64,000 nt of DNA from an uncultured Acidobacteriaceae bacterium (GTDB taxonomy: Bacteria; Acidobacteriota; Terriglobia; Terriglobales; Acidobacteriaceae): assembly GCA_963783805.1 (NCBI GenBank), contig CAWAPC010000014.1:97910-161909 (forward strand), in the 5' to 3' direction. Below, piece after piece: positions 1-10,925 of the stretch. The position numbers and the translations under genes are program-made. How positions within the stretch are numbered: the stretch's first letter is position 1; each line of letters opens with the position of its first letter. The notes under the pieces were generated by a model. The model was given only the letters and a program-made list of their open reading frames with translations. It was not told where the DNA came from and searched no databases.

Positions 1-449
1 AAACGGCGTTCGCTGGTGTAGAGAAAATCGCGGTCGCCGGTGTGTTCGATGCGCATCTTTGCCCAGTAATAGGGCAGCTTGTAGAACGCACGGGCCGCCA
101 CCACAGCCAGCGGATTGCCGGCATCAAGGGAGAAGAAGTAGACGCCGGAAAGATTCGAGTGGGGCTCATGGACGTAGGTGCGGAGATTCAGTTCCGGGAA
201 GCGGTTTGCGCCGGGAATGGCAGGGAGTCCGCGCTTATGGATCTGGTCCATCCAGAATGGAACTACGCCTACCCAGGCGGATCCGTCGAAGGTATCGACG
301 CAGAGACCGGGCGGCAGCAGCGACGCGATCTGCGCGGCGGGAAGAGGCCAGTGCGCGAAGAGAAGATCGTTCCATCGCTGGGTCATGGTCCAGTGCGCTG
401 AAGGCAGAGGCCAAGGCCGGTGCCCGGTGGTGGAAAGAATGTCGTTCAT
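1..449 (-). CDS. DUF2071/YqjF-family protein (3' end runs off the window)
   Basis: Manual translation MNDILSTTGHRPWPLPSAHWTMTQRWNDLLFAHWP...VDTFDGSAWVGVVPF...FPELNLRTYV...GVYFFSLDA matches YqjF-family motifs; absent from the ORF track. Confidence 0.85.
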   Translation of the reverse strand, partial: MNDILSTTGHRPWPLPSAHWTMTQRWNDLLFAHWPLPAAQIASLLPPGLCVDTFDGSAWVGVVPFWMDQIHKRGLPAIPGANRFPELNLRTYVHEPHSNLSGVYFFSLDAGNPLAVVAARAFYKLPYYWAKMRIEHTGDRDFLYTSERR

Positions 450-565
450 AGGGTGGCTTTTCGACATAAGGGACGCATCGCAGCCACGCTGGGTTGCAAC
501 TCACGACCGAGATTGACGTAGCCGGTCAAAATTTCCAGAGGCCTTGATACCGTATGCTGTTGCCC

Positions 566-2131
566 ATGCCCGAAAGAGAAGCAGCCTCCGCCATTGAACC
601 AGCCGAGACGCCTCAAAACAAGACGGAAGTTTTTGCTGTCCACGGCGCCGACCCCGAAGTGCTGGCCTACGCCATGGCAAAATATTCACGCTCTGCACTG
701 TCGATGAGGGACTCGCTGAAGGAGATCAGCAGCCAGCGCGCGGAGCAGTTTCTGAACACATTTTATTTCCAGTATGGGCATCGGTCCATTGCCGACCTGG
801 CCCACCTGGCATTCGCCATTGAGCGGCTTTCGCTGCTCGCAGCGATTGTACTCGTAGACGAGCAGCGGTGGGATGGGCAGGAGCGCTCGACGCGCTATCA
901 GAACTTTCGCAAGAGCGGCTGGTACCTGCCGGACTTCGGTGGGGATACGGGTGTGGCGGGGATTTTCCGGGAGAGCGTGGAAGGGTCGTTTGCGGCGTAT
1001 CACGAGATCGCCGAGGCGGTGCTGGAGTCGCTGAAGGGGCGCGTTCCAAGGCCGGACGAGATGAAGCCTGAGACCTGGGAACGCACGTTGAAGGCACGGG
1101 CCTTCGATGTGGCGCGGTATCTGCTTCCACTGGCGACCAACACGTCGCTGGGCCAGATTGTGAATGCGCGCACGCTCGAAACGCAGGTGTCGCGGCTGCT
1201 TTCGAGCGAGTTTGCCGAAATTCGGCAGCTTGGCGAGACGCTGCGCGCGGCGGCGAGCGGAGCGGCGTGGAATGTCCAGGGTGACGAGCTGGCGAAGCTG
1301 CAGCGGGAGATTGCGGCGCTCGATCCGGCTCTAGGCGAACGCGCGGCTATGCTGCTTACGCGCGAGGTGAAGACCGCTCCCACGCTGGTGAAATATGCAG
1401 CTCCAAATGAGTACGCGATGGCCACGCGGCGCGAACTGCGCCAGGCGGCGGCGGAGTTGCTGGAAGGCGAGCCAATTGAGGCTGCGCCCGCGGTAGATTT
1501 GATTGGCGGCGACGAGACGCTCGAAGTCGAGTTGGCGACAACGCTGCTGTATGGGGCGAGCCATCATCCTTACCGGCAGATTCGCCGGCTCGTGGACGAT
1601 CTGAGCGAGGCTCGGCGGAACGAGATTATTGCGCTGGGGGTGCGGCATCGCGGCAAGCATGATGAATTGCTGCGGGAGTTCTCGGCAGGACAGGCACTGC
1701 GGTTCGATATTTTGATGGATATCGGCGGCTTCCGCGACATGCACCGGCATCGGCGCTGCGTTCAGGTGCTGCAGGGGTTCACTTCGCTGCATGGATTTGA
1801 GGTTCCGGAGGGTTTGGCGGAGGCTGGGCTGGTGTCGCGCTACACGCAGGCGATGGACGCGGCGCATGGGGTGTATGCGAAGCTGGCGGTGAGCCATCCC
1901 GAATCGGCGCAGTATGCTCTGCCGCTGGGCACGCGCAACCGGGCGCTGTTCAAGATGGATTTTGCGGAGGCGCTTTATATCTCGGAGCTGCGTTCGGCTC
2001 CGCAGGGACATTTTTCCTACCGGAAGATCGCCTGGGAGATGTATGAGGCGGTGAGGCGGCAGCATCCCGCGCTGGCTGGGTATTTTCGTGTGACGGATGT
2101 GCGCGAGCCGGTGGATTTGTTGAAGCGCTAG
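566..2131 (+). CDS. thyX: FAD-dependent thymidylate synthase, tandem double-ThyX-domain type
   Basis: YGHRSIADL and ERSTRY motifs in the N-half, RDMHRHR in the C-half; ~520 aa. Start 566 chosen because TATGCT (553-558) lies 7 nt upstream; ORF track start is 554. Confidence 0.85.
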   Translation: MPEREAASAIEPAETPQNKTEVFAVHGADPEVLAYAMAKYSRSALSMRDSLKEISSQRAEQFLNTFYFQYGHRSIADLAHLAFAIERLSLLAAIVLVDEQRWDGQERSTRYQNFRKSGWYLPDFGGDTGVAGIFRESVEGSFAAYHEIAEAVLESLKGRVPRPDEMKPETWERTLKARAFDVARYLLPLATNTSLGQIVNARTLETQVSRLLSSEFAEIRQLGETLRAAASGAAWNVQGDELAKLQREIAALDPALGERAAMLLTREVKTAPTLVKYAAPNEYAMATRRELRQAAAELLEGEPIEAAPAVDLIGGDETLEVELATTLLYGASHHPYRQIRRLVDDLSEARRNEIIALGVRHRGKHDELLREFSAGQALRFDILMDIGGFRDMHRHRRCVQVLQGFTSLHGFEVPEGLAEAGLVSRYTQAMDAAHGVYAKLAVSHPESAQYALPLGTRNRALFKMDFAEALYISELRSAPQGHFSYRKIAWEMYEAVRRQHPALAGYFRVTDVREPVDLLKR

Positions 2132-2201
2132 GACTGGCCGTCCAGGCAACCGCGCTTCGCGCCTTCCCTGCGGCGGCATTTGCGGCCCTCCCGTTGGCCG
2201 G
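2131..2201 (+). repeat. Stop-codon-associated intergenic repeat, copy 1
   Basis: GGACTGGCCGTCCAGGCAA..GCTTCGCG..CTCCCGTTGGCCG; related copies at 9645, 45712 and 47203. Confidence 0.7.
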
Positions 2202-2246
2202 GAAGGAAGGGTCTCGCTGTATGAGGCGGCGGTGTATTGCCAAAGT

Positions 2247-4832
2247 TCAGCGGCTTTGAATTTCGTAGTGGCCTGCCTCATTGAGCGTGACGATCATGCG
2301 TTTGCCGTCTTCGTCCGAGTTGCTGGATTGGGGTGTGCCGTTGACCAGCACCTGAGCGGTTGAGCCCGGAACTGGAACGGAGACACGGGCGTTGACTCCG
2401 GGCGGCAGGTCGATGGTGGTGACTTCCCTGTCGGTCTTGCGGATGGAGACTGCCAACAGGCCGTGCGGAGTGGGCTCCGCACCTTTGGCCCACTGGAGGT
2501 CGATAAGATCGGGGCGGATGTCTACCTGAGAGAATCCGGCGGCGCGTGGGTGGATCCCGAGGATTTCCTCCATGAGCCACGGTGTAATTCCACTTGACCA
2601 CCCGTGGGCGAGGCTGACGGTATACCCAGACATCTCATCGGCCTGGAGCGAGGCGTGGAAGTCTGATCCCTTGTACCAGGAGGGGTCGTAGCCTTCCCAG
2701 AAGCTGGTTGCGCCTTCGTTGAGCATCCCGCCCCAGTATTGGCGGATCCAGTTGAGGGCGTCGGCGCGGTGTCCCATCTTCGCCATGGCGCTGATGACGT
2801 AGTAGTTGTAGTAGGGCGTGATGATGAGCGCGTTGTACGGAACGTGTCCTACACTTGAGAGCGCGTTCTGCCAGATGGCGGGATATTGGGATGGGTCGGC
2901 GACGCCGGAGAGCACGGCGTAGGCGTTGGTTTGCCAGCGGGTGCCGAATGAGCCAGATGGATCGAGAAGATACTCTTGCGCGGCGGCCTTGATGGCGGCG
3001 GCCCGCTGCTCAAACAGACTGGCGTTGGCGGTGTCGTTCATCTGGTGCAGGAGCCACGCGCCGTCGCGGAAGGCGGCGTAGAACTCGAATTGCGTGGCCC
3101 GGCGGGATTCGGGAGTGTCTCCGCTGAGTTCGGGCGACCAGTCGACGAAAGGCCAGACGTGGTGTTCGTTGGCGAAGAGGTTGCGCTGGTCGAGCTCGGT
3201 TTCCATGTAGTGGAGGAGCTCGACAAGGCGGGCGTGGACGACCACGAACGGCGGCGGACCGTTGGACTGTTGCTGCGCGATGCGGGGGAGGCCGGTATGG
3301 CGGACGTATTCGGCTTCACCGATGACCCAGAAGGCAGAGTAGCCGGGGATCCCGTTTACGTCTCTACTGAAGGGCGCGGGGTAGGGATGGCTGTTGGGCG
3401 GAGCACCGACGAGGCGGCCGAGAGTGTCATCCATAAGGAAGCGGTCGTCGAAGGCGTCCTCGATGGTGCTTCCGCTAACGTCGAGATCGCCCATCCAGCG
3501 ACCACGGTCGCGTTTGGGCGCGTCCCAGATATCGTCCTGCATGCAGAGGTGGGCGGTGTAAGCGCCGATGGTCCACATCTGGTTGAGCGCGGGATCGGAC
3601 GAGGAGAAATATCCTTTGTAGGTGACGGGATAATCGACGCCGTCCAGCTGGATCGACTTGTAGCGGATGTTCTTGCCACCTGTGAAGCGAACGAGCGCAT
3701 AACGGAAGGCGCTCTTTGGGCCGTAGGCTGTTGCGTGCGGCGCGATGTGGATCGGATCGACTCCGAGGTACGGCTGTTTGAAAGCTTCCGATTCCGACTC
3801 GCCATATTGCACGGTCGCGTCCGCTGCTTCGTCGGAGTCGGATTGAAGCTCGAGACGGCCGACAACTTCGCGCCCGAAATCGAGCAGGATCTGAGGAGCG
3901 TCGTGGATGGGGACGGAGGCGGCGGGGAGTGCGACGGTGAATTCCGGGGCGGCAGATCCGGTTTTGGTCAGAGAGTCGGCGCTGGTCAGCTTTCCAAGTC
4001 CGAAGTAGACGTTGCTGACCATCACGGGAGCGAGATGGTACTGCGCCAGGAAGGGCGAAATGCCATCGTAGCCGGGCCACGCGTACATGCCGGCGTCGGC
4101 GTTCCACTGGAAGAACTCGATTGAGCTCTCGACGCCGCCGAGACTGTCAGCATTTTGCCAACTGGCGTCGGCGAAGGCTGCGCTCTGCCAGCCAGAGGCC
4201 GCGTGCATCGAAGCCTTCCACTGCGCGTCACTGATCAGCAAAGGGGGAGCGGCAATTCCCTGCACCGCTGGCACGATCTTTACGGCGAGCACTTCGCCGT
4301 GCGTCTGCTGGATGCTGAGACGGCTGTCGGCTCCGCTACCGATATCGGGGCCTCGGACGGCTTCAATTGCGAGCACGTTCTTTCCTGAGCGCAGAGCGGG
4401 CGTTACATCGCAGGCAAATACGCGGATGCCCATGGGGAAGTCGAGATTAAGTTGGTAGCTGCCGACTCGCTGCCCGTTCACGAAGATATTCGCGGAGCGG
4501 GGTCCGGCGACATACAAGGTGGCATGATCCGGGACGGACTTGAGTTCGAATGTCCGCCGGAAATAGTGCGCAGCGAGGTCCTTTCCGGAGCCGCCAGACC
4601 ATCCGCTTTCAGCGATGGCATTTTCAGGCACGGCGTCTTCTTTCGTCCAGATGTACTGTTCGGGCAATGGCGCATGCAGGGTTGACTCCAGCACCGGGGC
4701 CCGGATGCCTCGGGTTGGATCCAATTCCTGATTGGGAATTCTCGTCGGGCCAACCGAGGGATCACCCATTTGCGCCAATGCGGGAATCACGAGGAGAAAC
4801 AGAATTGGGGCGGTGATTCTTTTGAGGCGCAT
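2247..4832 (-). CDS. Secreted alpha-L-rhamnosidase (GH78)
   Basis: Signal peptide, LDFGRE, DAPKRDRGRWMGD, GATSFWE and SLAHGWSSG motifs. Confidence 0.88.
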   Translation of the reverse strand: MRLKRITAPILFLLVIPALAQMGDPSVGPTRIPNQELDPTRGIRAPVLESTLHAPLPEQYIWTKEDAVPENAIAESGWSGGSGKDLAAHYFRRTFELKSVPDHATLYVAGPRSANIFVNGQRVGSYQLNLDFPMGIRVFACDVTPALRSGKNVLAIEAVRGPDIGSGADSRLSIQQTHGEVLAVKIVPAVQGIAAPPLLISDAQWKASMHAASGWQSAAFADASWQNADSLGGVESSIEFFQWNADAGMYAWPGYDGISPFLAQYHLAPVMVSNVYFGLGKLTSADSLTKTGSAAPEFTVALPAASVPIHDAPQILLDFGREVVGRLELQSDSDEAADATVQYGESESEAFKQPYLGVDPIHIAPHATAYGPKSAFRYALVRFTGGKNIRYKSIQLDGVDYPVTYKGYFSSSDPALNQMWTIGAYTAHLCMQDDIWDAPKRDRGRWMGDLDVSGSTIEDAFDDRFLMDDTLGRLVGAPPNSHPYPAPFSRDVNGIPGYSAFWVIGEAEYVRHTGLPRIAQQQSNGPPPFVVVHARLVELLHYMETELDQRNLFANEHHVWPFVDWSPELSGDTPESRRATQFEFYAAFRDGAWLLHQMNDTANASLFEQRAAAIKAAAQEYLLDPSGSFGTRWQTNAYAVLSGVADPSQYPAIWQNALSSVGHVPYNALIITPYYNYYVISAMAKMGHRADALNWIRQYWGGMLNEGATSFWEGYDPSWYKGSDFHASLQADEMSGYTVSLAHGWSSGITPWLMEEILGIHPRAAGFSQVDIRPDLIDLQWAKGAEPTPHGLLAVSIRKTDREVTTIDLPPGVNARVSVPVPGSTAQVLVNGTPQSSNSDEDGKRMIVTLNEAGHYEIQSR

Positions 4833-5084
4833 TTCGTTCCCTCTGGTTTCCAAATTGTGGCGTGCGGGCGATGCCGATTTTCGACGACTACCACTTTACC
4901 AACGACGAAATTTGAAGTTTTTGCGCATGGAGATCAGGGTTGACGATATTTCCACATTACTTAAGTTTTTGATTTTTCTTCGCCCCTGGAGATTTAGTGC
5001 TAAGATTCACTCAAACCGCACCGCCCAACCCGGACCGTACGCGTGGTTGCAGCTTGGAGTGCGTCGACCGACTGGAGAATATTC

Positions 5085-6164
<1,080 letters not shown>

Positions 6165-6166
6165 GG

Positions 6167-6192
6167 AAAAGCCACGGCAGCGTGGCTTTTTT
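6167..6192 (+). terminator. Intrinsic terminator of recA
   Basis: AAAA-GCCACG-gcag-CGTGGC-TTTTTT. Confidence 0.85.
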
Positions 6193-6198
6193 AGCCCC

Positions 6199-6227
6199 TT
6201 GACTATGTATGTATGTTTATGTATGCT
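6199..6227 (+). promoter_or_regulatory. Sigma70-type promoter of the TA operon
   Basis: TTGACT-17 nt-TATGCT; the spacer is built of ATGT repeats. Confidence 0.7.
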
Positions 6228-6245
6228 TGTTTTGGGGATTTGTAT

Positions 6246-6662
6246 ATGACTTACAGCGATCAGGTGATTCAGCATGTCAGGCAGTCATACCTTGAACCAG
6301 CCTCAAAGTCAGGGACTACGCTCGTTCGGATTCGCGCCGGGGACGTTCACAAAGCTCTTCATTGGAATAACCGGGTTCCCTCGGTATGTCAGACGCTCGC
6401 TTCAAAGCGTTTTCTGGAGGAGAATGATCTCGAACTTGTCGAAAAGCATGGGCCGCCTTCGGGTCTAAGCACGACAACCGTATACACCTACCGTTTGAAC
6501 AAATCCGCAAATCCTCCAAAGAAGAAACCCAGCCTATTACTCTCTCTTCAAGGTGTGGGAAGAGATGTGTTTGCCAGGCTTGGGGGAGGAGAGAAATTTC
6601 TCAAGGAAGAGCGGCAGAGATGGAATAGCACCACTGCACCCCTTCCGCGGAGAAAACTTTGA
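6246..6662 (+). CDS. Putative antitoxin with an atypical N-terminal DNA-binding-like domain
   Basis: Overlaps the PIN gene by 4 nt (TTGA); C-tail [22 protein letters not shown] resembles VapB-type neutralising tails. Confidence 0.6.
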   Translation: MTYSDQVIQHVRQSYLEPASKSGTTLVRIRAGDVHKALHWNNRVPSVCQTLASKRFLEENDLELVEKHGPPSGLSTTTVYTYRLNKSANPPKKKPSLLLSLQGVGRDVFARLGGGEKFLKEERQRWNSTTAPLPRRKL

Positions 6663-7084
6663 GCCGGATATATTGGGACACGATGGTTTTTGTCTATCTG
6701 GTTGAAGACCATCCCGTGTTCGGCTCAAAAGTTCACCGCATTTACCAACGCATGTTGGAACGAAGAGATACGCTCTGCACGAGCGTGCTGACACTTGGCG
6801 AAGCATTGGTTGGGTCTATCAAAGGCGGGGACGCCAATTTAGGCGAAAAGATGAGAACGGCGTTGAATGGCGACGAAGTAGAACTACTTCCCTTTCGAGC
6901 CAGGACCGCAGAAATCTATGCCGAGATACGAGCAAATTTTCCAGTGAAATCCCCAGACGCTATCCATCTGGCTACTGCCGCGGAGATGAAGGCTGATATT
7001 TTCCTGACGAATGACGGGCACCTTCATCGGCTCACCATCCCAGGAATCCAATTTATCGCTGGTCTAGACGGCACAATTTTCTAA
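6659..7084 (+). CDS. vapC: PIN-domain (VapC-like) ribonuclease toxin
   Basis: IYWDTMVFVY, TLGE, PDAIHLATA and FLTND acidic PIN motifs; 141 aa. Confidence 0.88.
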   Translation: MSRIYWDTMVFVYLVEDHPVFGSKVHRIYQRMLERRDTLCTSVLTLGEALVGSIKGGDANLGEKMRTALNGDEVELLPFRARTAEIYAEIRANFPVKSPDAIHLATAAEMKADIFLTNDGHLHRLTIPGIQFIAGLDGTIF

Positions 7085-7133
7085 AAGCATGAGAAAGGCA
7101 TTTATTGCCGTTCGCTGATAGAATTCGGCTGGC

Positions 7134-7628
7134 GTGAATACTGTAAAAGTAATCTATCCCGGCAGCTTTGATCCTGTGACGAATGGTCATCTGGACCTGA
7201 TCGCTCGCGGGTCGAAGATTTTCGATCACCTGGTGGTCGCTATCCTTCTCAATTCTTCCAAGGACCCTCTTTTTACCGTGGATGAGCGCGTGGAGATGCT
7301 TACCGAAGGTGTTGGGGGGCTGGGGAATGTCTCGATTGCCACCTTCGATGGGTTGCTGGTGGACTTTGCACGCGAGCAGCAGGCTCAGGCGGTGCTGCGC
7401 GGCATTCGCGCAATCAGCGATTACGAATATGAGCTGCAGATGGCGTTGATGAATCGACGGCTGGCTCCGGAGCTGGAGACAATTTTTCTGATGCCGGATG
7501 GCAAGTACTCTTTTGTCAGTTCGAGGCTGGTGAAGGAAGTGTTTGAGCTGGGCGGATCGGTTGAGGGATTGGTGCCGAAGTTTGTGATTGACCGGTTGCG
7601 GCAGCATGGCCGAAAGCATCCGGTTTAG
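7134..7628 (+). CDS. coaD: Phosphopantetheine adenylyltransferase
   Basis: IYPGSFDPVTNGHLD, RGIRAISDYEYE, SSRLVKE. Confidence 0.97.
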   Translation: MNTVKVIYPGSFDPVTNGHLDLIARGSKIFDHLVVAILLNSSKDPLFTVDERVEMLTEGVGGLGNVSIATFDGLLVDFAREQQAQAVLRGIRAISDYEYELQMALMNRRLAPELETIFLMPDGKYSFVSSRLVKEVFELGGSVEGLVPKFVIDRLRQHGRKHPV

Positions 7629-7691
7629 AATTTCCGCCCACGTCTAGATTTCTACGCGCGGCGCCCGAAAATCTGAAAAAATAGAAGAACC

Positions 7692-8885
7692 ATGACAGCA
7701 ACGACTGCCACCAGTATCTTCTCCGACCGCATTGGACGCATTGAAGTGTCGGCAACCATGGCTGTAACCGCCGAAGCGGCAAAGCTGCGCGCTCAGGGCG
7801 CGAAGCTGGTCGATTTTGGCGCGGGCGAACCGCACTTTGCCACTCCGCGTCACATTAAGGACGCGGCAATTGAAGCGATCAACTCGAACTTCACGCGGTA
7901 CACCGTGGTCGCGGGCATTCCCGAAGTTCGCAAGGCGATTGTGGAACGCCACGCGTGTGATTTTGGTTCCGACTACGCGCCCGATGAGGCGGTCTTTACG
8001 ACCGGCGGGAAGCTGGCGCTATTCAATGCCATTCAGGTGCTCGTCGATCACGGCGATGAGGTGATTCTGCCGGTCCCCTACTGGGTTTCGTTCAAAGACA
8101 TCATTCAGTATGCGGGCGGCAAAGTTGTCTATTTGGAAACGAGCGAGGCGGAAAACTTCCGCATTACTGCCGACGCGATTGAACAGGCAATTACGCCGCG
8201 CACGAAGGCAATTATTCTGAATTCGCCATCGAATCCGGCGGGATCGGTGGTCTCTCCTGCAGATCTGGAGCGCATTGTCCGGCTGGCGCATGAGCGCGGG
8301 ATCTATCTGCTGCTCGATGAGTGCTATGTCTACCTGCAATACACGGGCGCGCTGGTGAGCGGCGGATCGTTTACCGATGCGAAGGAGCACGTGGTTGTGC
8401 TTGGGTCGCTGTCGAAGACCTATGCTATGACCGGCTGGCGCGCGGGTTACGCGCTGGGGCCGAAGCCGATTATTGCCGCGATGAGCAAGCTGCAGAGCCA
8501 GTCCACGTCGTCTACTGCGTCGTTTGTGCAGAAGGCCGCTGTGGCCGCGCTGAATGGGTCACAGGAATGCGTGGCTGAGATGCGGGCTGACTATCTGAAG
8601 CTTCGTGACCGTATTCTGGGCCGCCTGGCTGAGATTCCGGGCGTGACCTGCACGAAGCCGGAAGGCGCGTTCTATGTGTATCCCAATGTGGGGGCATACC
8701 TCGGCAAGCCGGGAGCTCAGACGGCGATGGAACTGGCTTCGCGTCTGCTCAATGAAGCGCACGTGGTCACGGTTCCGGGTGAGGCGTTTGGGACGAAGCA
8801 GCATATCCGGCTGTCGTATGCGGTTTCGCATAACGATGTGGAAGAGGGCCTGGACCGGATGAAGCAGTTTTTCGCAAAGTTGTAA
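7692..8885 (+). CDS. PLP-dependent class I aminotransferase (aspartate aminotransferase-like)
   Basis: GAGEP, NSPSNPAG, DECY, SLSKTYAMTGWRAG. Confidence 0.92.
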   Translation: MTATTATSIFSDRIGRIEVSATMAVTAEAAKLRAQGAKLVDFGAGEPHFATPRHIKDAAIEAINSNFTRYTVVAGIPEVRKAIVERHACDFGSDYAPDEAVFTTGGKLALFNAIQVLVDHGDEVILPVPYWVSFKDIIQYAGGKVVYLETSEAENFRITADAIEQAITPRTKAIILNSPSNPAGSVVSPADLERIVRLAHERGIYLLLDECYVYLQYTGALVSGGSFTDAKEHVVVLGSLSKTYAMTGWRAGYALGPKPIIAAMSKLQSQSTSSTASFVQKAAVAALNGSQECVAEMRADYLKLRDRILGRLAEIPGVTCTKPEGAFYVYPNVGAYLGKPGAQTAMELASRLLNEAHVVTVPGEAFGTKQHIRLSYAVSHNDVEEGLDRMKQFFAKL

Positions 8886-9002
8886 CTGTGTTCGAACATC
8901 AAGGCGGGGCAGCTACCCAAGCTGCTCCGTTTTTCTTTTACCGCTTCACTCCTCCCGTTGCAAGCCGCGAGCGGCGGCGGCTTCCGCTGTTAATCTGAAA
9001 AT

Positions 9003-9686
9003 ATGAAGATTTCTGTTCGCGGCATTCTCTTTGACATGGATGGCGTGCTTATCAGCTCGATTGGTTCGGTCGAGCGTAGCTGGACGAAGTGGGCTGAGGA
9101 TCATGGAATTGATCCGACGCTGGCTATTCGAATTGCGCATGGCCGCCGCGCGATTGAGACCGTTCGTTTTCTCCGTCCCGACCTTAATGATGAGGAAGAA
9201 CTGCGGGATCTTGAGGAGATGGAAGTAAATGACAATGAGGGTGTGGAGATTCTGGAAGGAGTTCAACGGATTCTTGAGGCGCTTCCAGCAAACCGCTGGA
9301 CTGTGGTGACTTCGGCCACCGACCGCCTGGCGCGAAGCCGGATGCAACATGGCGGGATTCCTCTGCCGGAACAGATGATCACGGCAGATAAAGTGAGCAA
9401 GGGCAAGCCCGATCCCGAGCCTTATCTATTAGGGGCAGAAGCGCTCGGGCTGCGTCCGGAGGAGTGCCTTGTAATTGAAGATGCGGCCTCGGGCGCAAAG
9501 GCCGGACATGCCGCCGGCTGCAAGGTTCTGGCAACGCTTTACTCGCATACGGTGGAGAGTCTGAGTGCGGCGGACTGGATTGTCCGATCGCTGATGGATG
9601 TACGGGTCGGCCTTGCGGGCGAATTGATTGAAGTTGAGTTTGAGGGACTGGCCGTCCAGGCAGTGGCTTCGCGCGGCCACTCCTGA
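9003..9686 (+). CDS. HAD-superfamily sugar/glycerol phosphatase (YfbT-like)
   Basis: FDMDGVL, VVTSA, GKPDPEPY, IEDAASG. Confidence 0.9.
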   Translation: MKISVRGILFDMDGVLISSIGSVERSWTKWAEDHGIDPTLAIRIAHGRRAIETVRFLRPDLNDEEELRDLEEMEVNDNEGVEILEGVQRILEALPANRWTVVTSATDRLARSRMQHGGIPLPEQMITADKVSKGKPDPEPYLLGAEALGLRPEECLVIEDAASGAKAGHAAGCKVLATLYSHTVESLSAADWIVRSLMDVRVGLAGELIEVEFEGLAVQAVASRGHS

Positions 9687-9692
9687 TAGTCG
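9645..9692 (+). repeat. Stop-codon-associated repeat, copy 2 (inside the HAD gene 3' end)
   Basis: GGACTGGCCGTCCAGGCAGTGGCTTCGCGCGGCCACTCCTGATAGTCG; first 18 nt identical to copy 1. Confidence 0.72.
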
Positions 9693-9717
9693 TGGGCTGG
9701 TATTCCCTTTGGAGAGA

Positions 9718-10854
9718 TCAGGGCTTGATGAGGCTGCGGATCCATTTTTGGGCGGGGCGTTCGACTGCAACCATGGCGAGCATGGCAGCCGCGACGAGCA
9801 GGAAATAGCTTAGCCACGGATCGAATTGCGCCAGGTGGACGCGGTTGAGAATATGCGACTGATGGATCAGGTTCCACAAGTTAAAGTGCAGAATGTACAG
9901 GCAATAGCTGGCCTGTCCGACTACCGCAAAGGGATAGAACCCAAAAAAGCGCGCGATCAGGTTGTGCCCCGCCAGTCCCAGAATTGCCAGGCCAAACAGA
10001 GGCATGAGCAGGCCGTCGTGCATCATGGGATACGGCATTTTGTCGCCGAAGTAAAGAACGGTGTAAATGCCGCACATTCCGAGCAGCCCGAACAAGAGTC
10101 TTTTACGTGCCGCTCGGGGAATCATCGCGTCGAGATCGGCGAGAGCAATACCGAAGAGAAACGATGGAACGTGAGGCGGCGGAGTGAATTTGAGTGCGCG
10201 AATCCAGAAGCCATCGGTATAGCGGCCGGGGTGCAGGTCGCCGTCGGGGTGAAACCACATGTAGAGACTGGGCAAGACCATGCCTAATAACCACAACCCC
10301 AGCAACAGGCCAACCAGAGGCCATATTCGCTTGGGGCGCTTCCAGAGCACCACGGCCGGGAAGATCAAGTAGAAAAAGGCCTCGGTGCACATGGTCCATG
10401 CTGGCGTGTTCCAGAAGGCCGCGAGCATGGGGTGCCAACCCTGGAGCAAGAGTGGCGTGAGCACGACTCCCCAGGCGAATTGCGCGTGGCTGCGGGCATG
10501 CCACTCATCCATCAACATGCCTAAGGAGAGAAGCAGCGCGAGAAAATATACGGGATAGAGGCGCGAAAGGCGGGCGATCCAGAAATCGCGCGATTTGAGC
10601 TGACCTTTTGCCGCGCGATCGGAGTAGTTGTAGGCGAGGATGTAGCCGGACATCAACAGGAAGAAGCTGACCGAGGTGTAGCCGTTATCGACGATCGGCG
10701 CGAACGGACCAAACCACTTTGGATTTGAAAAGTGGAAGAAAACGATGTTCAGCGCGGCGAAGCAGCGCAGGCCGGTAAGCGCGGGCAGCATCTCTTTTTT
10801 CTTCCGGGGCGGCGCTGGGCTGGGCGCAGGCACAACCTTCGGAAGAGGAGCCAA
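9718..10854 (-). CDS. Acyltransferase-3 (OafA-like) membrane O-acyltransferase
   Basis: LTGLRCFAA, VSFFLLMSGY, RLSRLYP, PAWTMCTEAFFY, SYCLYILH. Confidence 0.88.
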   Translation of the reverse strand: MAPLPKVVPAPSPAPPRKKKEMLPALTGLRCFAALNIVFFHFSNPKWFGPFAPIVDNGYTSVSFFLLMSGYILAYNYSDRAAKGQLKSRDFWIARLSRLYPVYFLALLLSLGMLMDEWHARSHAQFAWGVVLTPLLLQGWHPMLAAFWNTPAWTMCTEAFFYLIFPAVVLWKRPKRIWPLVGLLLGLWLLGMVLPSLYMWFHPDGDLHPGRYTDGFWIRALKFTPPPHVPSFLFGIALADLDAMIPRAARKRLLFGLLGMCGIYTVLYFGDKMPYPMMHDGLLMPLFGLAILGLAGHNLIARFFGFYPFAVVGQASYCLYILHFNLWNLIHQSHILNRVHLAQFDPWLSYFLLVAAAMLAMVAVERPAQKWIRSLIKP

Positions 10855-10925
10855 TTCGAGTTGGGCACTGGCGCTCAGATTTGATGGCCCTTATTTCTAT
10901 TAGACGCCGATTTCAGGCCGGATTC

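Noticed and set aside
2976-4124. 382-aa plus-strand ORF
   Set aside because: Antisense shadow of the GH78 gene.
4860-5084. LexA/SOS box upstream of recA
   Set aside because: No convincing GTTC-N7-GTTC, GAAC-N4-GTTC or CTGT-N8-ACAG found by eye.
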